NCBI GenBank assembly: GCA_041746735.1 | Contig: JBGTGP010000051.1 | Location: 56,434-120,433 of the forward strand | Source: Saprospiraceae bacterium | Lineage (GTDB): Bacteria; Bacteroidota; Bacteroidia; Chitinophagales; Saprospiraceae | DNA length: 64,000 nucleotides | Direction of reading: 5' to 3' | In this document: positions 48,111 through 56,822 of the stretch, piece after piece | How the letters are laid out: every line of letters begins with the position of its first letter | How positions within the stretch are numbered: the stretch's first letter is position 1 | Notes under the pieces: generated by a model | Told to the model about the DNA's origin: nothing | Seen by the model: only the letters and a program-made list of their open reading frames with translations | Database searches by the model: none | Position numbers and translations under genes: made by a program

Positions 48111-48292
48111 TAAAAAGTGATTTAAAATAAAAAGTGGAATGTTTAGCAATAGCAAAATCAGGGATTTAAATATCCTGAAGTCTTCTACTATTTGGAAGGT
48201 CAAAAATAGAGCCAAATTTAGACTTGGTCCGGATAGAAGTACGAAATTGGCTTAGAATACACTTAGAATTTCATTAAAAATCTCAAATTCGT

Positions 48293-49006
48293 TTAGTCGC
48301 CTACCATAAACGCAGAGATTTTCCAATTTCCGTCAACATTCTTGTACAGAAAAAGCCTGTATCCCATTGGGCTATACACATAACGCCAGTTGACCCAGCC
48401 ACGATACTTCCGGTCATAGGTCTCGACCAGGTACCATTCGGGATCACCGGCGTCGTTGCGTCCGGATTCAGCGGCACCTGCTATTGTCTCATCGTAGAGG
48501 TACCATATGGTGTTATAACTCAATTGTGAAAGTACCGGAGCCCTGGTATCTGGTTTTTCGCGGAGATTGACATTCTTGCCGGTAATCACGCCGAGGCTAT
48601 AGTAGTCCACATCGACTTCAAAATCCATGTCGTATACATATGGGAAAACAAACTGGTACCTGCCGGTCTCATCCGCCATATCCTGCAGATAGACACCGCC
48701 CAGCTCCACAACATGCTTGAGCACCGGCCATAGTTTACCTTCCGGTTTGTGTGGTTGCCATACGTCTATAAACTCTTCCAGCCCGCCTTCGCCGCCAATG
48801 GCTCCGGAGACATTTTGATCTACTACTGAGAGAAGGAATTCGGCATCTTTCTGCTCAATGGCTTTGCGCAACAAAGTGGTGAAAGCCATCAAAGATGGGT
48901 CCCGGTCTGTTTCATTCCGGGGTGGGAATGTTGGTCCCTGCGCCCCGGCCATCATTGACGTAAAAAGGAAGATACTCATCAAAAGGATGATTCTCATCAG
49001 ATTCAT
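48293..49006 (-). CDS. secreted hypothetical protein with SH3b-like segment
   Basis: Signal peptide. GKNVNLREKPDTRAPVLSQLSYNTIWYL resembles a bacterial SH3 domain. 4-bp overlap with the upstream permease gene. Confidence 0.5.
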   Translation of the reverse strand: MNLMRIILLMSIFLFTSMMAGAQGPTFPPRNETDRDPSLMAFTTLLRKAIEQKDAEFLLSVVDQNVSGAIGGEGGLEEFIDVWQPHKPEGKLWPVLKHVVELGGVYLQDMADETGRYQFVFPYVYDMDFEVDVDYYSLGVITGKNVNLREKPDTRAPVLSQLSYNTIWYLYDETIAGAAESGRNDAGDPEWYLVETYDRKYRGWVNWRYVYSPMGYRLFLYKNVDGNWKISAFMVGD

Positions 49007-50427
49007 TTCGATGACTTTTTGATATGAAAGTATAAATACAAAGGTATGCCTATAGCTGTAAGTGCTATGCCCATGATGGAATTGATAAACTGTGATTGGC
49101 CGGATACATAATTAGTAATATCGGTATACAGGGTCATGCATAAAAAGAACCCCGTGAATGATATAAAAACTAAGGGTACTACCGGATACCCCCAAACCTT
49201 ATAGGGCCGATGCACATCCTTCATTTTATGTCGCAATACAAAAATACCAAGGGCGCTCATGCCATAAAAGAACCAACTGACAAATATCAACATATCGGTC
49301 AGCATATCAAATGAACCGCTGATGACCAGTATGGATGCCCAGAAGCCATGTAATACCAGAGCATTTCCCGGGGTATCAAACCGGGGATGTGCCACTCCAA
49401 AGATTCTAAAAAAGTGTCCGCTGTTTGAAACGGCAAAGGTGACCCTCGTCGTGGACAAAATGTTAGCATGCGTGCTACCTAGCGTCGATAGAATGACCAG
49501 GAGGGCGATGCATGCTCCCCCCGCACTACCAAAGACCAACCGGGCTGCATCTGAAGCCACTAGTTCAGATGTAGCCATTATGCTGACTGGCATGACATAG
49601 AGAAACGCAAGATTGACCATAACATAAAGGAGAATACAAATGCATATCCCAAGAAAAAGGCTGCGCGGAATCACACGCTGTGGGTTACGGATTTCTCCGG
49701 CTACAAAGCCAATATTGTTCCATCCGTCAAACGCCCAAAACGCACCAGCAGCTGCGGCCATTACGGCTCCGGCCAAGGCCCATCCCTGAGGCCAGATATT
49801 CGCATCGTTGGTGACAAAATTTTTTATCTGACCATTGTCAGAAAAAAAGATCGCCAGTACGATCATGACGATCGCAGCAATTTTAAGCATCGTAAATAAG
49901 ACCAAAACATTCCCGCCAACACGGGTACTGCGATAGCTGATCAGTGTCAAAACCCATACCACTAAAACAGTCATAGACTTGACTCCTGCATTTTGCAAAG
50001 GATAGATATAACCAATGAAGGGGATACTAATGGCTAACGATTGTTCTACCTCATCTGAAAACCGTGGAAAAGAAAAAAAATACTCGAGATAGGTGGACAT
50101 GACATAGGCTATGGAAGCGACTCCGGCCGTATTGAACACGGCAAAAGCTGCCCAACCATATAGGAAAGCAAAAAAATTCCCATACATTTTTTTAAAAAAA
50201 ACATACTGCCCTCCGGTCTCGGGCAGCATTGCGGCTATCTCTGCATTTCCAAGTGCCCCAAATAGAGTGATGACGCCTGCTCCAACCCATACAACAATCA
50301 ACAACTCTGGCGAACCTAACTGAGCTGCCATGGTGGCCGGCTTCATGAATATACCTGAACCAATCACACTACCTGCGACAATGGAGACCCCTGTCCACAC
50401 ACCAAAAGTTCGGGTCAGAGGTTTCAT
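49003..50427 (-). CDS. APC superfamily amino acid permease
   Basis: 12 TM. N-terminal IVAGSVIGSGIF motif and AEIAAMLPETGG. Confidence 0.8.
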   Translation of the reverse strand: MKPLTRTFGVWTGVSIVAGSVIGSGIFMKPATMAAQLGSPELLIVVWVGAGVITLFGALGNAEIAAMLPETGGQYVFFKKMYGNFFAFLYGWAAFAVFNTAGVASIAYVMSTYLEYFFSFPRFSDEVEQSLAISIPFIGYIYPLQNAGVKSMTVLVVWVLTLISYRSTRVGGNVLVLFTMLKIAAIVMIVLAIFFSDNGQIKNFVTNDANIWPQGWALAGAVMAAAAGAFWAFDGWNNIGFVAGEIRNPQRVIPRSLFLGICICILLYVMVNLAFLYVMPVSIMATSELVASDAARLVFGSAGGACIALLVILSTLGSTHANILSTTRVTFAVSNSGHFFRIFGVAHPRFDTPGNALVLHGFWASILVISGSFDMLTDMLIFVSWFFYGMSALGIFVLRHKMKDVHRPYKVWGYPVVPLVFISFTGFFLCMTLYTDITNYVSGQSQFINSIMGIALTAIGIPLYLYFHIKKSSK

Positions 50428-51515
50428 GCCTGGCCGGAAAGGGCTGCTGCGAGAAGGCGATGAAAATGATGCGTCCCCTGTTCCCTCGTCACAGAATATC
50501 GTCCATGGGTATAATGCCTCGAACGAATGCCCTTCTGTACCGCCTGCACGACGGCTTCATCCTCCATCTCCACCCGAAAGAGATCCGAACCCGCACCCTG
50601 GTCAAGCAAATGCTCGTTCCACACATACGTATAAAATGAAACGATTGTCTTGTCTATTTCTACAGGACGGACGACATTGACAGAAAGTCCCCAGGGATAA
50701 AAATTGAACATCATATTGGGGAATACCCAGAAGTAATATGCCCCTACCCTTTTACCAAAATCAGGACTTGCCGGCGGTATGTCAAACACAGGCTCACCCT
50801 CTTTGGCCAGTCCTATCTGCAAACTTGAAAAAGGAAACAATTCGGTGGTATAGCTGCCATAGTCTATCACTGCATTGAGTCCGGCATGGACAAATGGGAT
50901 ATGAAACCCTTCCAGATAATTCTCACAATAAAGCGCCCAATTGGCCTCCACGGTATAGTCCTGCGAAAGATCCGGTCTGAAATAAAAATCATCCACCGGA
51001 AGCCATGCCAGCCGACGCAGCATATCGTTGAAATACATATCCGGCTGCGCCTCGCCATCAAGTGAAATGAACAGCCATTGGCCCCATTGAAATAAGGGCA
51101 GCGATGCCAGATTGTCCCGTGACGTTGGAAAATCTTTGACCTCTTTAAACTCAGGCATAGATGTAAATATGCCATCCAAACCAAAGCGGCGGCCGTGGTA
51201 CCTGCATTGCACCTGATGAGCGGTACAGGGAGTGTGCACCAGGAGATTTCCCCGATGTGTGCATACGTTGGACAGGCACCGCAACTGACCCTGTTGATCG
51301 CGTGACCATAGCAAAGGTTCGTCCAGAAAATGTTCGAGTAGGATAAATGGAAAAAGACTTCCCTGCACAGGTGCCTGCCGTGTATCCCCTGCCCATTGCC
51401 AGCCTTTCGAAAAGATCAACTCCTTCGCGCTTTCAAAAACGGCCGGACTGGTATACACTTCCTTTGAGATCGTCTCAGCGCTGGCAATGTCCGGATGAAC
51501 AAAATACTTTTGCAT
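50424..51515 (-). CDS. Rieske [2Fe-2S] non-heme iron oxygenase, alpha-subunit type (choline monooxygenase-like group)
   Basis: Rieske motif CTHRG...CRYHGRRF and mononuclear iron motif ENYLEGFHIPFVH (E-x3-E-x2-H-x4-H). Confidence 0.8.
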   Translation of the reverse strand: MQKYFVHPDIASAETISKEVYTSPAVFESAKELIFSKGWQWAGDTRQAPVQGSLFPFILLEHFLDEPLLWSRDQQGQLRCLSNVCTHRGNLLVHTPCTAHQVQCRYHGRRFGLDGIFTSMPEFKEVKDFPTSRDNLASLPLFQWGQWLFISLDGEAQPDMYFNDMLRRLAWLPVDDFYFRPDLSQDYTVEANWALYCENYLEGFHIPFVHAGLNAVIDYGSYTTELFPFSSLQIGLAKEGEPVFDIPPASPDFGKRVGAYYFWVFPNMMFNFYPWGLSVNVVRPVEIDKTIVSFYTYVWNEHLLDQGAGSDLFRVEMEDEAVVQAVQKGIRSRHYTHGRYSVTREQGTHHFHRLLAAALSGQA

Positions 51516-51561
51516 AAATAGAGTACCTGTTTTCAGGAAAGATAATGGTAATCATATTACC

Positions 51562-52185
51562 TCAACCTTGTAAAAGCTCTCCGGCTATACCGGCACGCAA
51601 ATGACGTCGCCATCGGTAAAATCCCCAAATCGAAATTCCGGTATAGATCAGAAACAATAGCGCGAACAAAATGCCATCACTTTTCCAATACAAAATGACA
51701 TAGAGGATGTCAATGACGATCCAGTAAATCCAATTGTGCAGATCCTTGCGAATCAGGAGTAAAGTACTCCAGACCGAAAGCAAGGTGAGTACCGTATCCA
51801 TATACCCATAACGGGCTTCCGCATAGTGTACAAGCCCAATAGACACCGGCCAGCTCAATACCAGGCACAAGGCAATGGCAACTCCATGATAGAATGCGGA
51901 AGACGTGACTACAGGCTTTAGGGTTTGCTGCGATTGACCTCTACGCCATTGCACCAAACCCACCACACCGATGCCGATATAGAAAATCTGGAGGACCCCA
52001 TCCGCAATCAAAAAATAATCTGTAAAACTTTTCCAGGCAATGCAGGCAGCGCTGAGAATTCCAAACCACCAGCATGACGGCTTCTCATAGGCGGCGAGGA
52101 TCACATAGATACAGCCTGAGATCAATCCGATCCATTCCCATGCATCCTGCCGGGCGATCTGATCCCACAGCAATTGGAGGCTCAA
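51562..52185 (-). CDS. pnuC: nicotinamide riboside transporter PnuC family
   Basis: About 207 aa, 7 TM, W-rich helices (WEWIG..., WWFGI..., IYWIVIDILYV), typical of PnuC. TTG start. Confidence 0.7.
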   Translation of the reverse strand: MSLQLLWDQIARQDAWEWIGLISGCIYVILAAYEKPSCWWFGILSAACIAWKSFTDYFLIADGVLQIFYIGIGVVGLVQWRRGQSQQTLKPVVTSSAFYHGVAIALCLVLSWPVSIGLVHYAEARYGYMDTVLTLLSVWSTLLLIRKDLHNWIYWIVIDILYVILYWKSDGILFALLFLIYTGISIWGFYRWRRHLRAGIAGELLQG

Positions 52186-52219
52186 GGGTCAGGATGTTTC
52201 ATCGCTGCGCAACAGAACT

Positions 52220-54646
52220 CTATTTAATGAGTTCAAAAGAATACTTCAGAATGTAGACTATGGGATTGCGTGTCTTGGGATCATGTTGCTTGAGGATGAT
52301 CTCAATGTCTGTCGTTTCGCTGATCTCCTTTTCCGAGCTGTCGAAGGTGGCTTTAATGGTGCCTTTCTCACCCGGCTTGAAGACCCTAAACTGTGGCCAT
52401 TCAAGCGTTGTGCATTCGCAGGAGGAAATCAATTCGATCTCGATGGGTTGATTCCCGATGTTAGTAAATGAGTAGCTCATCTCCCGTTTCTCTCCTTTCT
52501 TTACCCGACCCAGTTCGACCAGTTCCTTATCAAACAGGAGGCTGATCTTGGGGTCAGAGGCCGGAACAGTTCCTTTGGAAGGCGCTGGGATGGTTTTGCT
52601 ACTACTCAGTTCCTTTTTTTTTTGATCACCGAGGTCGGACTTCTTCACTTCGATCGTGGTAGGTCCGGCGATGATCTTAAACTCGGTCCGGCGGTTGACC
52701 CGATGCTCCGCATCTGTACAATCAATGCCATTGATGCAGTGATTGAGGATCTGGGATTCACCATAGCCGACTGCTTCGATCCGGCCTTCTTTGATTCCTT
52801 TTGCCACAAGCCAGTTCTTGGCCGACTGGGCCCGTCGCTGGGAGAGTCTGGTGTTATAGGCATCATTTCCCTGCGCATCCGTATGGGATGACAATTCGAT
52901 GACCATGTCGGGATATTGCTTCATCAGTCCCAGTAAGAAGCTGAGATCTTTTACCGCATCCGTCAGAATCTTGTCATCGTCAAAATCATAGTAGATATTG
53001 TTGAGCCGTATCGCTTCGTTGATCGTCACCGTTTCCATACTGGCGTCCACAGGCTTTTTCGCCAGTTTGACCGTGCGGCGTATCGTATGATTATCGATCA
53101 GGCCTACTGTATTGAACTCAAATTCTGCAGGTTGATATCCATCTCTTTCGACGAGAGCTTTATAGGCTTTGTCCTGGTCCAGTGGAAACTGAAAATCATG
53201 GATTTTCTGATTGGTTTGCTGTTGTGATTTTCCGGTCTTGCCCCGATCCAATTCGAATACCGTGACTTTGGCACCGAGGAGCGGCACATTGCCTTCATAG
53301 ACACTGGTGATCAGGTCAATGATGATATCCCGGATATGGAACTGGTAGATGTCATCGCAACAGGTTTTGGATTTAAGTGAGCGGGCTTCATCATCCGGGC
53401 GGTTTGAGACCAAAAATCCGAGTTTTCCTTCCTCATTGACGGAGAAATAGAGGTCATCATAGGATGAATTGTAACCAGCTCCCAAATTTTCCACTTTGCT
53501 CCATTCCTGGCCGGTCCAGTCTGATCTGAAAATATCAAATCCGCCAAGTCCGGGATGACCTGTTGAGGAGAAGTAGAGGCGATTGTTGAGGTAGAACGGT
53601 GTTTCTTCGTCAGCCGACGTATTAATAGTCGGGCCCAAATTAACTGGCCGGGCATACGTTTCGTCATTGATACGATCCGAATAATAGAGGTCAAAACCAC
53701 CAAATCCCCCGGGCATATCGGATGAAAAGAAGAGAACTTCTTTTCCAAAAAGGACACCCGGAGTGGGCTGCTTGGCAATATAGTTGCCATTGATGCCTTG
53801 TAGTTCTACAGCGGGGCCCCAGTTTTGGGCTTTGCCGACACTCATATAGATTTTGCTTTCTGTCAGGTCATTGCCGGTGAGGACGGAGCGGGTGAAAAAC
53901 ATCCGGCTCCCATCAGATGAAAAGCTAGGGCTACCGGTGTGATACCCTTCACGATTGACCTTATCATTGAGTGCTTTGGGTACCTTCCAACTCGACTCTT
54001 TATCCTTTTCAGAGGCATATATTTTCAAATAGTAATCACCTTGCTTGCCATCCAGCTTTATGATTTCGCGGGTTCGCATGGAGGCGAAATAGAGATTACC
54101 GTCAGGGCTCAAAAAAGGAGATGCATCCGTATAGGAGTAGTTGACAGTTCTGCCGGCATTCTTGACCACCAGATCGATGGGGGGTTTGGATTGCATCGCC
54201 AGTTGGATACCGGCCACTTCATTATCTGCGAGGACAAGCAGGCTATCTGCCGGATCAAGTCCGGCGTAAAAATTAAATGCATCGATAGACTCCTGATACT
54301 TGCCCAATACTTTAAGGACCTGAGCATATTGAAAGACGGAATGCGGGTATTTTGCGCCTTGATCTTTTTGCACGATGCGCTCCAGCCATCGCTCGGCACG
54401 GACGTAATCGCGGAGTTTGATCTGAAGGGTGGCAATCTGCGCGGCTATATCCGGATCACGGGTCTCCTTGTAGGCATTTTCATACCACTCCAGAGCAGTA
54501 TAATAGTCCGGTATGGCGAGACTGGCTTCGGCGGTTTCGATCATCATGTGGATGGGTACTTCATCCAACGGCTGGGCTACCACCCAAGTGGACAGCATCA
54601 AACAACATGAAAAAAATAAAAATTTTGCTCTGCTCATCATTTCCAT
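52220..54646 (-). CDS. OmpA-family protein with TPR, PD40/TolB-like beta-propeller repeats and a C-terminal DUF1573 domain
   Basis: PD40 repeats (SPFLSPDGNLYFAS, SPSFSSDGSRMFFT), OmpA domain (SSHTDAQGNDAYNTRLSQRRAQS..VGYGES), DUF1573-like tail (FTNIGNQPIEIELISSCECT). ATG 54646 overlaps the upstream stop as TAATG and is preferred to TTG 54661. Confidence 0.8.
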   Translation of the reverse strand: MEMMSRAKFLFFSCCLMLSTWVVAQPLDEVPIHMMIETAEASLAIPDYYTALEWYENAYKETRDPDIAAQIATLQIKLRDYVRAERWLERIVQKDQGAKYPHSVFQYAQVLKVLGKYQESIDAFNFYAGLDPADSLLVLADNEVAGIQLAMQSKPPIDLVVKNAGRTVNYSYTDASPFLSPDGNLYFASMRTREIIKLDGKQGDYYLKIYASEKDKESSWKVPKALNDKVNREGYHTGSPSFSSDGSRMFFTRSVLTGNDLTESKIYMSVGKAQNWGPAVELQGINGNYIAKQPTPGVLFGKEVLFFSSDMPGGFGGFDLYYSDRINDETYARPVNLGPTINTSADEETPFYLNNRLYFSSTGHPGLGGFDIFRSDWTGQEWSKVENLGAGYNSSYDDLYFSVNEEGKLGFLVSNRPDDEARSLKSKTCCDDIYQFHIRDIIIDLITSVYEGNVPLLGAKVTVFELDRGKTGKSQQQTNQKIHDFQFPLDQDKAYKALVERDGYQPAEFEFNTVGLIDNHTIRRTVKLAKKPVDASMETVTINEAIRLNNIYYDFDDDKILTDAVKDLSFLLGLMKQYPDMVIELSSHTDAQGNDAYNTRLSQRRAQSAKNWLVAKGIKEGRIEAVGYGESQILNHCINGIDCTDAEHRVNRRTEFKIIAGPTTIEVKKSDLGDQKKKELSSSKTIPAPSKGTVPASDPKISLLFDKELVELGRVKKGEKREMSYSFTNIGNQPIEIELISSCECTTLEWPQFRVFKPGEKGTIKATFDSSEKEISETTDIEIILKQHDPKTRNPIVYILKYSFELIK

Positions 54647-55713
54647 TAGAATCGTGGACAAAAAATAATGGGATCCGGTTTGGGCCTTTTGTAGACCCTG
54701 CCCATATACTGGGCGGCCAACTCAAATCCGCCCTGTGTACCGCTGGCTGTAGAGAGGCTTGATACATTGAGATCGTAGGCAATCATCACCCTGATGTCTC
54801 GGATATCCGCACCCAACATGATCTGAATGGCATCACCGATGCCGGCCCCGCTTCTATACCCTAAACCTCCTTTCATCACAATTTGTTTTTCTGCATCATA
54901 CAGATAATCCAGCATGGCCTGAGCTACAAACGTATTAGCAGCGCTTTTAAATAGTTTCTGGTAGGAAAGGTTTGGTAGAAAACGGATCCGATCAGACAGT
55001 ACGGTAGACATGCCGATGTGGGCGTACCCTCTTGGATCGATGCGGTAATTCCCTCCAGTGGACAGGAGGGAGAAATCCGGCCGGCCAAATTTGCCCGCAG
55101 CGATGCCGATGAAAAACTCATCCGTTTTATTGATTTTGGACGTGAGTTTAAGGCCTCCGACATGATCGAGAAAGGAGTTGCCTTTCTGATCCATATTGAT
55201 GATACTCAGGTCGAGGGAGCTTGATGGATTTCCGGACACCAGACCATCTTCGAAGCGAAGGTTGGCCACATTCTTAATCCTTCGTTGCACACCACCGGTC
55301 TGGTAGGCTAATGATAGCACACTATTGCCTTTCTTTCCCATGGAAAGATGATAGGCAGCACTCAACTTGTAAGAGGTCTGTGCCAAACCGGCAGTGCCTG
55401 ATTTGTCGGTATAGAAAAACAACCCGACGCCCACCCAGTCTTTCTCCTTAAAGCCTCTGAGGATGGGAGCATCGATAGAAAAAGTGGGGGTGGTAAATGC
55501 GCCGTTTCCGGCTACGCTTCTGTATTGATCTCGGTACAGTCCTGAAATTCTGTACGATCCATAGAAGCCTCCGGTATTGGCTGGATTGAACGCCAGAGGC
55601 GTCATCGGATGGAGGGTAAAATGAATGTCCTGTCCATTGGTCATCCCTGCCATGCAGGAAAACAACAAGGCGAAAAGGAACTGTGGGGGTAGTCGAAGTA
55701 GCATCATATACAA
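54646..55713 (-). CDS. PorP/SprF family T9SS membrane protein (second copy in window)
   Basis: Signal peptide, then IHFTLHPMTPLAFNPANTGGF, the family motif. About 355 aa, C-terminal ...FCPRF. Confidence 0.75.
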   Translation of the reverse strand: MYMMLLRLPPQFLFALLFSCMAGMTNGQDIHFTLHPMTPLAFNPANTGGFYGSYRISGLYRDQYRSVAGNGAFTTPTFSIDAPILRGFKEKDWVGVGLFFYTDKSGTAGLAQTSYKLSAAYHLSMGKKGNSVLSLAYQTGGVQRRIKNVANLRFEDGLVSGNPSSSLDLSIINMDQKGNSFLDHVGGLKLTSKINKTDEFFIGIAAGKFGRPDFSLLSTGGNYRIDPRGYAHIGMSTVLSDRIRFLPNLSYQKLFKSAANTFVAQAMLDYLYDAEKQIVMKGGLGYRSGAGIGDAIQIMLGADIRDIRVMIAYDLNVSSLSTASGTQGGFELAAQYMGRVYKRPKPDPIIFCPRF

Positions 55714-55789
55714 TCAATAGCGATTTTCCAACCGGTTTTATGATCCAAACAGCCTGCAAAATATCAATAATTGACGTTATTACGTCGGG

Positions 55790-56806
55790 ATGGGGTCTAA
55801 AGGCAAAATTAAGTGTACAAATGCCAGGTACTTGCTGCTTGCGGTGGTGATGATCTGTTGTGTGCGGATGGAATCCGGGCTGGCGCAGCGGGATACCCTT
55901 GGTTTTTGGGATACGCCCGGGGCTTTCCATAAGGGTCGGTTTTGGGGGGCTGCAGGGACGGGGAGTGTCGCGTTGGGCGGGACCTTGTTTGCGCTGAGTA
56001 CGTTTTGGTATAATGACTATCCGCAAACCTCATTTCACTTTTTTGATGACCGTCGGGAATGGCTTCAAATGGATAAGGCCGGGCATATGTTTACGGCCTA
56101 TTTTCTGTCGGATTGGAGTTATTATGGGGCGCGATGGACGGGCATGTCGCGCAGTTCTTCGATCTGGGCGGGGATGTTTTCGGCATTTGGGATACAGGGG
56201 TCGCTGGAGGTACTAGATGGGTTTTCGTCGGGATGGGGATTTTCATGGTTTGATATTGGGGCCAATCTGGCGGGGAGTGCTTTGTGGGGTGTACAGCAGG
56301 CTTCGTGGGATGAGCAGCGGATACGGATGAAAGTTTCGGGTACCTATCGCCGGTATCCGAATGAGATAGTTACGGGTATACCGGGTGGAAGTAATACACT
56401 GGCAATGCGGGCAAAGGACTTGTATGGGTCTGGTATTTTGCAGACGTTTCTGAAGGATTACAATGCACAAACAATATGGATATCGGTCAATATCGGTTCG
56501 TTTTTGGGTGAGAGTCAGCGCTTTCCGGGGTGGCTCAATTTGGCTGTTGGGTATGGGGCTGAGAATATGTTTGGTGGTATAGAAAACAAGTGGGAGGCTC
56601 AAGGCAACAAGTATGAGGTTTCGGGGGAATTGTATCCTCGCTATCGGCAGTGGTATTTATCGCCGGATGTGGATTTGAGTCGTATACGGGTCAAGAGTCG
56701 GCCTTTTCGTATGGTGTTGGGGATGTTGAATGTGTTTAAGTTGCCTGCTCCGGCGTTGGAGATTCGGGGACGGGGGGGTGTGAGGTGGAGGTGGTTGCAT
56801 TATTAG
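55790..56806 (+). CDS. DUF2279-like (YfiM-like) membrane/periplasmic protein
   Basis: DKAGHMFTAYF and a G/W-rich pattern, as remembered for DUF2279. The family assignment is tentative. Confidence 0.45.
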   Translation: MGSKGKIKCTNARYLLLAVVMICCVRMESGLAQRDTLGFWDTPGAFHKGRFWGAAGTGSVALGGTLFALSTFWYNDYPQTSFHFFDDRREWLQMDKAGHMFTAYFLSDWSYYGARWTGMSRSSSIWAGMFSAFGIQGSLEVLDGFSSGWGFSWFDIGANLAGSALWGVQQASWDEQRIRMKVSGTYRRYPNEIVTGIPGGSNTLAMRAKDLYGSGILQTFLKDYNAQTIWISVNIGSFLGESQRFPGWLNLAVGYGAENMFGGIENKWEAQGNKYEVSGELYPRYRQWYLSPDVDLSRIRVKSRPFRMVLGMLNVFKLPAPALEIRGRGGVRWRWLHY

Positions 56807-56822
56807 GTTGAGGGTTTGCAAG

